Positions 9,980 through 19,872 of a stretch of 64,000 nucleotides of DNA are shown piece after piece. This DNA comes from a virus: the IMG/VR virus record IMGVR_UViG_3300036820_000004, positions 1-64,000 of that record. One strand, 5' to 3'. Numbering within the stretch: position 1 is the first letter of the stretch; each line of letters opens with the position of its first letter. The notes below the pieces were generated by a model. That model ran no database searches. It saw nothing but the letters and a program-made list of their open reading frames with translations, and had not been told where the DNA came from. Position numbers and translations under genes: made by a program.

Positions 9980-10536
9980 GACTGCCTCCGGCGGTCCGGG
10001 CCGGCCAGTTCGACCACGAGCGCGTTGTCGGCGAGCCGGCTTGAAATGCGGGGGCCGAGCAGCGCGGCGAGGTCGGTCACGTTCGACGTGACCACGGTCG
10101 GCAGACGCTGCGACCAGCGGGTGTCCGCGATCTCGGCGAGATGGTCGATGTCCCATTCCGACAGGCGGATGGAACCGAGGTCGTCAAGTGCCAGGACCCC
10201 GGCAGCGGCGAGGCGGGTGAACTCGCCCGGGTCAGCGGTCGCCGGGGCGATGATGCGGCGCAGCCGCGCCGCCGGGCAGACCGCGACCAGGCCCTCGTAA
10301 CCGCAGCGGACCGCGAACTCGGCGGCGTGCCACACCGACCATGTTTTGCCAGTGCCCACGGGCCCGGTGATGATCAGATTCCGCGGCTTGCCCTCGGCCA
10401 GGTCGATAGCCCAGTTGCCCAGCCGGGTGTCGAGCACACCATCGGCATCGAAGGCGGGCGGACGCTGCGCCAGCAGGTTCGCTACCAGGCGCACGCGCCG
10501 GTCGGCGAGCCACAGTTCGGTGTCGGGGCCGGTCAT
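9976..10536 (-). CDS. DnaC/IstB-like AAA+ helicase loader
   Basis: GPVGTGKT, LALDDLG, TVVTSN, RISSRL, GPDRR. Confidence 0.85.
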   Translation of the reverse strand: MTGPDTELWLADRRVRLVANLLAQRPPAFDADGVLDTRLGNWAIDLAEGKPRNLIITGPVGTGKTWSVWHAAEFAVRCGYEGLVAVCPAARLRRIIAPATADPGEFTRLAAAGVLALDDLGSIRLSEWDIDHLAEIADTRWSQRLPTVVTSNVTDLAALLGPRISSRLADNALVVELAGPDRRRQS

Positions 10537-11360
10537 ATCCTCGTCTTCCCTTGGCCGTAGACCTCGCTAGACAGGTCATCGGTGGCGCCGCCGCGTTGCG
10601 GGCGCTGCCCGTTACCGCGCAGATCCCGGATGGCATTGGTGACCGACCCGCCGGAGATCGCCACGCCGCCCTTGGCGAGGTGGTCCAGGGCGCGGGCTAC
10701 GTCGTTGCGGGTGAGCCCGTTGGCGATGGCGGTCCGGATCACCTGACGGACGCCGAGGAATGGCTGGGCCGTGGATGCCTTGTGCCGGTCCCAGAACGCA
10801 GCAGCTAGTTCATCGGCGACAGCGTGACGGCCGCCGGACTCGGCGGAATTAGATGCTTCGTTAGAAGCATCTATGTCTCTGTCTCTGTCTCTGTCTCTGG
10901 GGGGCATTTTGCTGGCATCTTGGTTAGCAACTTGCTTACGTGTTGCTTTAGATGTGCGCTGACCTGGAGGTTTGCGACTCTTCTGACCCCCCTCCCGGCC
11001 CGCCTCCGCACGCACTTTTGACAGGTCATCTACCTGCTTGCGAGAGGGGTTTCGCTTCAGGTAGGCAAGCACATGCCAACCTTGTGCTTCACCGTTGCTT
11101 GCCTCTTTGGTAAGCCCCACGGAAGCAAGTTGCTTAGCAAGTTGGTTACCGTGTTCCGCGTCCAGCGGATACACGAGCAATCCGATCTGCTCGGCAGGCA
11201 CAAATCCGTCGGTGAGGTTGTCCTTGCAGTGCAGGCACATCTGCACGTAGAGATCCCGGGCCAGCCCGGCATCGGGCGCGCCGAAACGGGCGAGCGCCCG
11301 CACCTTCTGGTCGTTCGCGAAGCCGACGACGAGCTTGATGTAGATCTCGCTGACCGCCAA
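10533..11360 (-). CDS. phage replication initiator
   Basis: Upstream of loader/helicase; N-terminal TDGFVP wHTH-like region, RAEAGREGG linker, internal repeats. Confidence 0.7.
   Translation of the reverse strand: MAVSEIYIKLVVGFANDQKVRALARFGAPDAGLARDLYVQMCLHCKDNLTDGFVPAEQIGLLVYPLDAEHGNQLAKQLASVGLTKEASNGEAQGWHVLAYLKRNPSRKQVDDLSKVRAEAGREGGQKSRKPPGQRTSKATRKQVANQDASKMPPRDRDRDRDIDASNEASNSAESGGRHAVADELAAAFWDRHKASTAQPFLGVRQVIRTAIANGLTRNDVARALDHLAKGGVAISGGSVTNAIRDLRGNGQRPQRGGATDDLSSEVYGQGKTRI
10874..10899. repeat. (TGTCTC)4 tandem repeat in initiator gene
   Basis: Directly visible; encodes RDRDRDRD. Confidence 0.9.
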
Positions 11361-11544
11361 GTCGCCGCGGCCCCCCTTTCTGCTGTTGGTGATCCCGTTT
11401 TCGCGCCGCCCTCGCGCGTCATCCTGGTTTCACTGCTGCGGTCCACAACAATACACGCGTACGCGTGGCGACGCTATCACTTGCGTAAGTGGAATCGCTC
11501 AGGCATCATGGTGTGGTCACCACACGACGTGACATCATGAGGAG

Positions 11545-11793
11545 GTGCCCAGCGATATGCCAGAAGTCCTCGAAGCGCACCGCGCGTACAAGCAAACCGA
11601 CCTCGATGCGCTAGCCATGCGCTGGCGTGCCCGCGCGAAACTCGGCCTCGCCGTGATCGAGCAGGTGGCCAAGGGGTCCACGCTCGAAGCCATCGCCGAC
11701 GGCCTTGAGGTTTCGTCTGAGCAGGTCCGCCGTTACCGGCAGGCATACCGCGACTGGGTCCGTGATCACCCCGGCCAGTCACTGGACGACTGA
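11545..11793 (+). CDS. small HTH protein, opposite to surrounding operon
   Basis: GAGGAGG RBS; STLEAIADGLEVSSEQVRRY HTH. Confidence 0.7.
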   Translation: MPSDMPEVLEAHRAYKQTDLDALAMRWRARAKLGLAVIEQVAKGSTLEAIADGLEVSSEQVRRYRQAYRDWVRDHPGQSLDD

Positions 11794-11910
11794 CCCCGGT
11801 TCCTGATCCCACCTTGCCCCGCCCCCTGCCCGTCTCCTCGTCGCTGATCTGTCCTGTGCGCCGTATGCACGTCTCTCCCTGGTTTCCCTACGGGGGGATG
11901 AGAGGGGGGG

Positions 11911-12945
11911 TCATGAAGTCACCTCAGCGAGGTCATCGAACAGGCCGGGCTGCTCGGCGTCCTCGGTGTCCAGGGCGGCCAGGTTCTTCAGCGCCTGCCG
12001 GTAGTACGAGGGCTTCAGGTCGGCGCCGATCGCACGGCGGCCGAGCTCGCAGGCCGCGTACGCCTCCGTGCCGACGCCCAGGAACGGTGTCAGCACCGTC
12101 TCCCCCGGGTTGGTCCGCATATCCACCACGCGTCGTGGCACGTCGAGCTGGAGCGGGTGGACATGCTTCTCGTCTTCCTCGTCGCGGGCTTCCCGGTAGG
12201 GCAGCACCGCCATGTGATCCCGGCGGTCCCACTGGCCGAGGTTGCCGCGGATGTCGTCCCAGACGCATGAGGCGTACTGCCGCCACACCCACTGCGAGTA
12301 CTTGTTCTCGATCTGGCTGCCCGCCCAGGCCCGATAGCGCAGGACACCGGCTGGCGGCATCGCGGCGCCGTGGTAGGCGGTGAAACCGTGCGGGTGAGTG
12401 ACCGGGATGCCGCGGCCGTGCTTGCGGAAGATCAGCAGCTGGTCGGCGGACGCGACCCCGGCGGATGTGGCGTCCTCGACGATCGTCTTGTGGGTCAGGT
12501 CCTTGGTCATCGTCCGGTTGCGGACCGCCAGCGGTTCTTTCCAGATGACGTGGCGGGCGATGTAGTCGAAGCCGAGCCGCTGGTGCAGCCGGATGATGTC
12601 ACCGGGGAAGTCATGGAGTGCGTCACCGCCGGAATTGCCCATCGGCGTGTCCATGCAGTGAACGGCGTTTATGCGTCCCGGCATTGTCACCCGGTGCAAT
12701 TCGGTGACAAAGTAGGCGTACATTTCCAGGAACTCGGCGAGGCCGCCAGCGTTTGACAGGTCCCGCTCGCTGGAGGAGTACTTGTACAGCCCGGCACCAC
12801 CGGTTCCCTCGTCGCCGTAGGCGAACGGCGGCGAGTAGACAGCCAGGTGCACCGACCCGTCCGCCAGCGACGGCAAGACCTCCATCGCGTCACCGTTGTA
12901 TAGCGCCCAGCGGTCCGTGACCTGCTGGTCTTTCACGCCGCCCAT
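11911..12945 (-). CDS. N4/N6 DNA methyltransferase (beta class)
   Basis: YSPPF catalytic motif; KHVHPLQLD; VLTPFLGVGTE SAM motif. Confidence 0.9.
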   Translation of the reverse strand: MGGVKDQQVTDRWALYNGDAMEVLPSLADGSVHLAVYSPPFAYGDEGTGGAGLYKYSSSERDLSNAGGLAEFLEMYAYFVTELHRVTMPGRINAVHCMDTPMGNSGGDALHDFPGDIIRLHQRLGFDYIARHVIWKEPLAVRNRTMTKDLTHKTIVEDATSAGVASADQLLIFRKHGRGIPVTHPHGFTAYHGAAMPPAGVLRYRAWAGSQIENKYSQWVWRQYASCVWDDIRGNLGQWDRRDHMAVLPYREARDEEDEKHVHPLQLDVPRRVVDMRTNPGETVLTPFLGVGTEAYAACELGRRAIGADLKPSYYRQALKNLAALDTEDAEQPGLFDDLAEVTS

Positions 12946-14297
12946 GGCGGCACCTCCACGTCGGTGTCGTAGGTCTCGGCGCGGCGGACGGCCAGCGCGT
13001 CCTGCATGCAGGCGGTCAGAGAGTCAAACATCGTGTCTGCCTGGGCACCTTTGCGCTGCAGGCTGCCCAGTACCCCGGACCCGCCGGGGGTGGTAATCAC
13101 GTCCACTGTCACCGGGCGCTGCTGGCCGAATCTCCAGCACCGCCGCACCGCCTGATACCACGCCTCGAATGAGTAATCAGTGAAGTAAGTCATCCGGTTG
13201 CAGTTCTGGTAATTCAGGCCCCAGGATGCGATTTTCGGCTTCGTGACCAGAATCCGGATCTCGCCCCGGCCGAACGCGGCCAGCCGTTCCTCTTTGGCCT
13301 CCGCCGGGTCAGACCCGGCGACTTCCACAGCGCCGTCGATGAGGCGGGCGAGCAGCTTCCCCTCGTCGTTTAGGTGGCACCAGGCGATGCCGGGCGAGGC
13401 GTCCGCAAGCAGTTCCGCGGCCTTCTCGCACCGCTCGGCGATTGTGCGCCGGGACTCTTCCCGCACCTCGTGCAGCCCGGTGGCGGGAACGTCGAACAGG
13501 GTTCCCTCTTTCGGTGCCCGGGCTTCCACGCCGTGCTCGCGGACCCGCAGGGACGGCAGGATGAACCCGTCATCGGCGAACCCGAGATCAGACGGGCGCC
13601 GCGCGGCCCGCGCCCATGATGCGACCCAGCGCCAGAACGGCTCCTGGCCGTGGCCCTTGAACCGCCACGGTGCCCCGTGGCCCTGCACGCGCCACTGGGG
13701 GTCGGCGATGAAGAACCGGGACAGCATGTCGGAGTGCCCGAGGTAGCCCAGTGCCTCGCTGGAGGTGCCCAGTTCGGCGTAGTCGTTCGGGGCGGCCGTG
13801 GCTGTGGCCAGGAGGCGGCAGGGCATCTTGCGGAGGAACTCGGTCACCTCAGCCCGGCGCTTGCCGTCGAAAGCCTTGATCGAGGATGACTCGTCGCAGA
13901 CCACGCCGCCGAACGCGGCCCGGTCGAAGCGCTCCAGCCGCTCGTAGTTGGTGATCGTGATCCCGGCCGGGATCGTCCCATCACGGGAGATCTCCGCATC
14001 GATCCCGAACTTCGCGGCCTCGGTTTCCATCTGCCCGGTGACGCCGAGCCGCGTGAGCAGCAGCACCGGCTTCCCGGTGTGCTTGTAGACGTTCTGCGCC
14101 CAGGTGAGCGCCATCGGTCCCTTGCCGAGCCCGCAGTCCACCAGCAGGGCTCCGCGGCCCTGCCGGATCGCCCACTCCGTCAGATGGGCCTGGAAGCCGA
14201 ACAGGAAGTCAGGCAGCCACAGCGGATCGAAGCCGGACGCGCCGTCCAGCTGGGCCCGGCGCTCGAGCAGCGCTGCATACGCCGCCGGGGTGCTCAC
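12933..14297 (-). CDS. SNF2/DEAD-like helicase
   Basis: DCGLGK, VCDESS, ATATAAPND, GLNYQ, QAVRRCWRFGQ. Confidence 0.85.
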   Translation of the reverse strand: MSTPAAYAALLERRAQLDGASGFDPLWLPDFLFGFQAHLTEWAIRQGRGALLVDCGLGKGPMALTWAQNVYKHTGKPVLLLTRLGVTGQMETEAAKFGIDAEISRDGTIPAGITITNYERLERFDRAAFGGVVCDESSSIKAFDGKRRAEVTEFLRKMPCRLLATATAAPNDYAELGTSSEALGYLGHSDMLSRFFIADPQWRVQGHGAPWRFKGHGQEPFWRWVASWARAARRPSDLGFADDGFILPSLRVREHGVEARAPKEGTLFDVPATGLHEVREESRRTIAERCEKAAELLADASPGIAWCHLNDEGKLLARLIDGAVEVAGSDPAEAKEERLAAFGRGEIRILVTKPKIASWGLNYQNCNRMTYFTDYSFEAWYQAVRRCWRFGQQRPVTVDVITTPGGSGVLGSLQRKGAQADTMFDSLTACMQDALAVRRAETYDTDVEVPPWAA

Positions 14298-14704
14298 CGT
14301 GCACCCCACGGCGGCAACTTCTTTCCCCCGGGAACAGCACGCCGATAGGGGTCACGTCCCTGCCACGGACGAGCACGCTGGTTCCGTTTCCCCTTGGCAT
14401 GCGCTGATCGGGCAGCCCGGATCGCAGCGAGTTGCCGCTTCTGCCTCTCGGCGAGGGTCTGGTCTCCCGGAGGCCGCGAGCAACCTTGGGACTCTTCCCC
14501 GGTCGCAGCGGCCTCCGGGATGTCAGGCCCGGCTGCGGCAGTCCCCGGGAGAGAGGGATCTGCCGCAGCCGGGGTGCTCCCCGCCGGGGTCTGGCCGGAC
14601 GGGGAGCGGTCGCCCTGGTCCGCTACGGGGGCAGGCGGAATCCAGGACTTCGCCGCGGGAGGCTCGGGGGAAACCTCGGCGGCGCGCTTACGGGGGGACG
14701 GCAT
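14294..14704 (-). CDS. Pro/Ala-rich hypothetical protein
   Basis: Coupled to helicase start; low complexity. Confidence 0.4.
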   Translation of the reverse strand: MPSPRKRAAEVSPEPPAAKSWIPPAPVADQGDRSPSGQTPAGSTPAAADPSLPGTAAAGPDIPEAAATGEESQGCSRPPGDQTLAERQKRQLAAIRAARSAHAKGKRNQRARPWQGRDPYRRAVPGGKKLPPWGAR

Positions 14705-14866
14705 GTCAGACCGCCGCCAGCCGGGATGCACTGTGCGGGTAGGCGGGAACAGGTGCTGCCGGGCATCGGTGGTCCCGGGCGTACACGAACACCTCGGTCA
14801 GCGCGATCGGGTCGCCGTAGCCGGTGATGGTGAAGCGGGCCAGCAGGACAAGCAGTTCTCGGGGGT

Positions 14867-15841
14867 TCACAGGGCACCTGCCAGAGCATCAGCGACAGGG
14901 AATTCGTGAATCCACAGGTCGTCAGGAATGCGGCCCTGCTGACCGGCGCGCGGTCCGCTGTCCTGTTTTACCCAGACGGCCACGCCAGCGTCTTTGCACT
15001 GCGTGACGATGGATTCAAGCCACACGATATCCATGGGCCTGTGACCGGGGCCGCTTTCACCGCCAACAATGACCCAGTTGATGCCCTGAGCGAAGTAGGG
15101 AACCGGGAACCGGGACATTTTGAGGTCAATGGGGCCGAGTAGTGGCTCGCAGGAAACGAACCGCGTGGCGGCCGGAGTACCGAGCAGTGCCGAGCAGCGG
15201 ATGTCATACCATGGCTGATTCTCCGCCGAAACGCCTAGCCAGACGTTGAACAACTCGGTCGGCCAGAACCGCCAGCCTTCCATCCAGTCGTACGGCGGGT
15301 AGGCGCAGCCCTCGGGCGGCGTGCCCATGCTGTCGAGCATGTCGGCGAACAGGCGCGACCGGCCGCTGGTGTAGGCGGCGCGGACAGCCTCAGGGCCACG
15401 CGGCATCGGCGGCATGCCCGAGGGCTTGTCGGACTGCCGGTCGCCGTCCCTGTCAGCCCAGCGGCGCATCCAGGACCGCATCCGCGCGTGCCTCTTGGTG
15501 AGCACCTGAAATGTGTGCTGCTGGTTCTGGCCCATCACGTCCCACACCTGCGCGATATAGCCATCCGGCACCTGGTCATAGAACAGGTCGGACATGTCGG
15601 CGACGAATATCTTGCGGGGCTTCCGCCATTTAGCCGGCCAGTCAAGACGATCGGGCAGCAAGCGAACCTGGCCATTGAACCGGCCATTCTCGGCGAGGCC
15701 CTGATAGGCAGGAAGGTGCTTCAGCCGGCCGGAGGTGAGTTTGGCTGCGTAACAGCGTTCGCATCCTTCGCTGACGTGCTCGCAGCCAGCGGTGACCGGC
15801 CAGGATGAGTCGGTCCAGCTTATTTTCGTGTTGTCGCTCAC
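14867..15841 (-). CDS. Gp37Gp68 / DUF5131 family protein
   Basis: TKISWTD, GCEHVSEGCERCYA, MSDLF, QVLTKR, SCEPLLG, WVIVGGESG. Confidence 0.9.
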   Translation of the reverse strand: MSDNTKISWTDSSWPVTAGCEHVSEGCERCYAAKLTSGRLKHLPAYQGLAENGRFNGQVRLLPDRLDWPAKWRKPRKIFVADMSDLFYDQVPDGYIAQVWDVMGQNQQHTFQVLTKRHARMRSWMRRWADRDGDRQSDKPSGMPPMPRGPEAVRAAYTSGRSRLFADMLDSMGTPPEGCAYPPYDWMEGWRFWPTELFNVWLGVSAENQPWYDIRCSALLGTPAATRFVSCEPLLGPIDLKMSRFPVPYFAQGINWVIVGGESGPGHRPMDIVWLESIVTQCKDAGVAVWVKQDSGPRAGQQGRIPDDLWIHEFPVADALAGAL

Positions 15842-16269
15842 CGCGTATCACTCCCCGTCGTTATCAGGCGGCAGAAAGGGGGGCCGTCCACGAACGGCCG
15901 GTTCCGGTCAGGGATCAAAGGCCCGTCGAAGAGAGTGACCTCAGCCGGGCTCGGCTCATCGGCGCGGGCCTGCGCCGGGTCGGGTCCTTCCGGTTTCGGC
16001 ACCGGGGCGAACTCGGCCGGCGGCTCGCTACGGCGCACCCGGCGGGCCTTCTTCACTGGCGCGTCTTTGCCGGACCGCACTGCCAGCCACGCGGCCACGT
16101 GATCTGCTGGGCGGGCCACCACGTCCCACGCCCTGGGCAGCGCGAACGACAGCCACACCACGGCTGAGGCGAGCCGCTGCCACCCGTTGTGCATCAAGAC
16201 CCTTATCCCGGTCACCAGGCACACGGCCACGACTACCAGGAGGACGATGACGGCCAGGCGGGCGATCAT
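15838..16269 (-). CDS. membrane protein
   Basis: N-terminal hydrophobic helices; coupled. Confidence 0.55.
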   Translation of the reverse strand: MIARLAVIVLLVVVAVCLVTGIRVLMHNGWQRLASAVVWLSFALPRAWDVVARPADHVAAWLAVRSGKDAPVKKARRVRRSEPPAEFAPVPKPEGPDPAQARADEPSPAEVTLFDGPLIPDRNRPFVDGPPFCRLITTGSDTR

Positions 16270-16481
16270 GCGGCACCGCGCTTCCCATCGATGGGCACCG
16301 GGCCGGTCGTGACCTCGGGAACAGGCTCCGGCGGCGCCTGCCGGGCCGCAGCCGTGGTGATCCCGAACGAGACGCTGACCTTGACCCAGTTCTGTTTCAT
16401 GGCCTCACGGGCAACGGCAAGAGCGGCACCAAAGAGAAAGGAGATCGCGGCGATGATGCTCTCGCCTTCCAGTCCGGTCAC
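16266..16481 (-). CDS. small membrane protein
   Basis: Single TM; coupled. Confidence 0.5.
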   Translation of the reverse strand: MTGLEGESIIAAISFLFGAALAVAREAMKQNWVKVSVSFGITTAAARQAPPEPVPEVTTGPVPIDGKRGAA

Positions 16482-16494
16482 CGGGCATCAGCGT

Positions 16495-16785
16495 TCATGA
16501 ATCGCGCCTCTCTTCTTGCTGCGGGCTTCGCGGGTTCTCGGTCACCAGCGGGTCACAAGACGGCGGTACCTCGCTCAGGTCCCGGGCCATGCCGGGGAAC
16601 GCTTCTTTCACCCGCGCCCAGTGCTCGGCGTTCGCGGCCCGGGCGGCTTCGTAGCGGGCTATGCGCGCGTCGTGCCGCCGGTCGTTCCGCACCGATATGC
16701 CGATCCAGACGGCCAGCAGCAGCAAGGCGCCGGAGACACCGGCCCAGGTGAGGATCTCGGCAGGAAGAGAGAGGTGGGGGCTCAC
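16495..16785 (-). CDS. small membrane protein
   Basis: Single TM; coupled. Confidence 0.55.
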   Translation of the reverse strand: MSPHLSLPAEILTWAGVSGALLLLAVWIGISVRNDRRHDARIARYEAARAANAEHWARVKEAFPGMARDLSEVPPSCDPLVTENPRSPQQEERRDS

Positions 16786-17051
16786 CGGAGCCTCCTAAGC
16801 AGCGCCTTAGGCGCATCCCCGTAGCCCTGCTCAATCCGCCGCAGGTCTAGTTGCTCGGCCGCTGTCAGGGATGTCTTCCCTGCTATGTCAGCGGGAGCGG
16901 GGTGCCGGCTTCCCCACCAGTTGCGGGCCTTGTCCCACTGGTCCCGGGCCCAGCACCAGCCCAGGATCCCGGCCGCCGTGACGGTGGCGACGATGAGAAC
17001 GCCGCCGAGGATGAAGCACGCCCAGATGAGGATGTGCGTGAGGATGCTCAT
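16782..17051 (-). CDS. small membrane protein
   Basis: MSILTHILIWACF TM; ATGA coupling. Confidence 0.55.
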   Translation of the reverse strand: MSILTHILIWACFILGGVLIVATVTAAGILGWCWARDQWDKARNWWGSRHPAPADIAGKTSLTAAEQLDLRRIEQGYGDAPKALLRRLR

Positions 17052-17440
17052 GCGGCGTCGCCCCGATCCCACGAGTGCCGCAAGAACCCGAGCTCGTAAG
17101 CCCATTCGGGTTCCTCGTCGGTCAGTTCTCGGTGATGTGGGCGGCAAATTGCGCGGACGTTGTCCGGGTCGGTGATCGAGCCCCCGCGTGCCCGGGTCAG
17201 CGGCTCGTGCGCGTCATCGGCGATGCGGTTGCAGAACGGCACCTCGCAGAGCGTGATCCCGGGGTACTTGGCCTGGAGCATCGCCCGGCGTACCCGGATC
17301 AGGGCAGCGCGCTTCTTGCTGACCTTGGGGAGCGGCTTGCCGCGCTTCATGGGTGTGCGCGAGACCGGCACCGAAGAGGAGCGCAGCGGCTGTCCTCGTC
17401 GCATGGGCTTCGAGCGGGCAGGCATCGGGGATGACCTCAT
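17048..17440 (-). CDS. small HNH nuclease
   Basis: CEVPFC..DAHEPLTRARGG..NVRAICRPHH. Confidence 0.75.
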   Translation of the reverse strand: MRSSPMPARSKPMRRGQPLRSSSVPVSRTPMKRGKPLPKVSKKRAALIRVRRAMLQAKYPGITLCEVPFCNRIADDAHEPLTRARGGSITDPDNVRAICRPHHRELTDEEPEWAYELGFLRHSWDRGDAA

Positions 17441-17811
17441 GGCGCGCTACCGACTGTCCCTAGCGTGGACAACTCGGCGCGGACGTTGGCGCTCGCTGTG
17501 CGGCCAACGTCGATCTTGAGGTGGAGTGCGCGGATGGCTTCCTTGCACGCCGCCACTTTCCGCTCTGCGATGTCAGCGCCGAACCGCTTGTCCGCGGCCT
17601 GGAGCATGGCCACCTGGCGCCGTGCATCCATCGCGCCCTCGGCATTTAGGAAGGCGCGGGCGAACGCTACCTCGGCGTCCCGGCGTGTCCCTGCGGCCTC
17701 GTCGGACAGGTTCGCAAACTCGATCACCTTGAGATCGAGTTGCCGGGTCAGCTCGGCCAGCCAGCGGGCGATATCATTGGGCGTCGGGTTCTGGCCCGGG
17801 GCGGGGCTCAT
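17437..17811 (-). CDS. coiled-coil phage protein
   Basis: Helical; coupled to HNH start. Confidence 0.6.
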   Translation of the reverse strand: MSPAPGQNPTPNDIARWLAELTRQLDLKVIEFANLSDEAAGTRRDAEVAFARAFLNAEGAMDARRQVAMLQAADKRFGADIAERKVAACKEAIRALHLKIDVGRTASANVRAELSTLGTVGSAP

Positions 17812-17977
17812 CCGAGGGTCCATTCGGGCGAGTCGTCGAAACAGAGGCAGATGACTCCGCTCTGGGTGGTCGCCAAGTCGGGTGGCCCGGTGTATACCTC
17901 GGACGGCTTGGCGTTGTACATGGGGCATTCGGTGAAGTGGTGGTGCCCGGGTTCTTGTGCGCGGTCGCGGACCAGGG

Positions 17978-18943
17978 TCATTTCGCTGCCGCCTTCTTGA
18001 TCCGGGTCACGTTCAGCCGGGGTGCGGAGCCGGGCTTGGTGGTCACGGGCGGGGCGAACCCGCGGCGCTCGTAATCAGCGCGGATCGCAGCCTCATTCAG
18101 GACTTCCTTCGGCTCGCCGGGCTTGCTCAGCGAGATGCGCCAGTCACCGGCCGTGCCGCGCAGGCCGCGGATCATCTCGGCGAGCCGGTCCTTGTCCTTG
18201 TAGAGCGCTGTTACCTGCTGCGTGGCCTCGCCGTAGGCGGCGATGGCGGCGACCAGTTCGGGGTCGGTGATCCGCTCGGCCGCCGATGGGTCGTCCTGAC
18301 CGCGGCAGAGTGAGAAGAACCGGCACCACTCACGGCAGTAGGCGTAGGGTTTGTCCTTCGCTAGGCGCTCGCCGGCGCCCTGGTCGGCACGCACCTTGTC
18401 CAGCCGGTCGGCTCCCCAGTCGGCGATGGAGCGGTCGAACGGCTCCTCGTGCATCCACCAGTCGTCGAATGTCCCGTCAACCGGGATGATCACCAGGCGC
18501 ACGAGGATGTCCTCAGATGTCTCCCCGGCGTCCACCAGGCCGCTCGCGTAGCCCTGGGCTTGCACGCGCTTTTCCCAGAGAACATCCGGGCTGGATGCCC
18601 ACACCTTCGAGTTGGAGAGCTTCGTGGTCTTCCAGTCGGTGACGCTGGTGTCGTCAATGAGCACGAGGTCGGCGTGACCGGGGATTCCCCTGTAGGTTGT
18701 GGTGACCTCGGTCCGGAAGCCGGGTAGATCCGCGAGGACCGTTTCCAGGTACTTGTGGATCGCCGTCCCGCGTATCGCACCCCAGCCGTCCGGCTCATCT
18801 GATGCCCAGGCTTCATCCAGGCGGAAGCCGAGGTAGGCGCGGCAACCTCCGACCTCGGACCATCCTGGCTCGGACTGAAGGCTGCGCGGGCGGGACGCGT
18901 CGTAGTCGCGGACCACCTTGATGATGTCGTCCAGGAACGTCAC
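17978..18943 (-). CDS. Cas4/RecB-like exonuclease
   Basis: SEVGGC, GTAIH, GHADL..DWKT, QAQGY, CxxWCxFxxxC. Confidence 0.8.
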   Translation of the reverse strand: MTFLDDIIKVVRDYDASRPRSLQSEPGWSEVGGCRAYLGFRLDEAWASDEPDGWGAIRGTAIHKYLETVLADLPGFRTEVTTTYRGIPGHADLVLIDDTSVTDWKTTKLSNSKVWASSPDVLWEKRVQAQGYASGLVDAGETSEDILVRLVIIPVDGTFDDWWMHEEPFDRSIADWGADRLDKVRADQGAGERLAKDKPYAYCREWCRFFSLCRGQDDPSAAERITDPELVAAIAAYGEATQQVTALYKDKDRLAEMIRGLRGTAGDWRISLSKPGEPKEVLNEAAIRADYERRGFAPPVTTKPGSAPRLNVTRIKKAAAK

Positions 18944-19872
18944 GCCGCGGCTCCCGCGCCTTCGATGATGAGCTCGGCGGCTTTCACCATGTCCTCGGCG
19001 GTCGCTTCCTCCAGGTTGTGACCGCTGGCCGCGATCAGCCGGTGCTCCATCTCGGCGTCGTCGATCCCGGCTGTCACCGCCGCGACCTTCAGGTCAGCGA
19101 GGGCACGCTCCGCCTTCTGCAGGACGCTCTTGCGCCAGGCGATGTACTGGCCGAGGCCGCCCGTTCCCCCAGTGGTCGGGTTGCGGATGAGGGCGGCGAG
19201 CTTGTGCTCCTTGAGCGCTTTGGTGTTCAGCGTCTTCAGGTCCTCTGTGGTGCGTACCTGGCTGGCCTCGTCAGCGATGGACTGGGCGTCCTCGTCGAGT
19301 TCGCCGTCTGCGGCTGCGGGCGGCCGGGGTGCCTGCGCGGGCCGGACTGTGTTGCCGTTCGCCGCGGGCTGCGTGCGAGGCGGCGCGGGTGTCGCGCGCT
19401 CGAATGCCTCGGAGGCGCTCTGTGGTGCGTACCGCTGCGTCGTGTTAGCCGCAGCACTATCATCGTCGTCCTCGGCCGGCGCCAGGCCCGTCATCATCAG
19501 CATGGAATAGCGGCGCGCGTAGGTGATGGCCGAGCCGATCTGCTGTGCGCTCCCGGACCCTGGCAGCGGGTAGAAGCCCTCTTCTTCCTCGCCCGAGGAG
19601 TGCTTGAGCTTGCAGATCATCCCGAACTGGGTGCCGAGGATACCGGGCTTGGCGAAGAACGCCAGCCCGTGCTTGCCCAGGACGGGCAGTGCTGCGGCGG
19701 AGACAGTGGCCAGGTCGGCGTACCGGTACTTGTAGCCCTGCTTGCCGTCCTTGCCGGGGATGACCCCGACCTCGTCCTTGACGATCTTCGGCACCTCGGC
19801 CTGGAACGCAGCCAGCGCCGCGTTCAGCTTCGGCGTGGTGCCCGTTGCCTGCATTACCTCGGTTGTTGTCAC
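18940..19872 (-). CDS. ERF-family single-strand annealing protein
   Basis: YKYRYADL, LGKHGL, HSSGE, QQIGSAITYARRYS, EDDD. Confidence 0.9.
   Translation of the reverse strand: MTTTEVMQATGTTPKLNAALAAFQAEVPKIVKDEVGVIPGKDGKQGYKYRYADLATVSAAALPVLGKHGLAFFAKPGILGTQFGMICKLKHSSGEEEEGFYPLPGSGSAQQIGSAITYARRYSMLMMTGLAPAEDDDDSAAANTTQRYAPQSASEAFERATPAPPRTQPAANGNTVRPAQAPRPPAAADGELDEDAQSIADEASQVRTTEDLKTLNTKALKEHKLAALIRNPTTGGTGGLGQYIAWRKSVLQKAERALADLKVAAVTAGIDDAEMEHRLIAASGHNLEEATAEDMVKAAELIIEGAGAAA

Noticed and set aside
14110-14140. Helicase Walker A reads GLGKG rather than GKT
   Set aside because: Single substitution, other motifs intact; cannot infer inactivation without alignment
17978-18943. Cas4-like gene as sign of CRISPR-Cas
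   Set aside because: No array or other cas genes seen; paired with ERF as a phage recombination module
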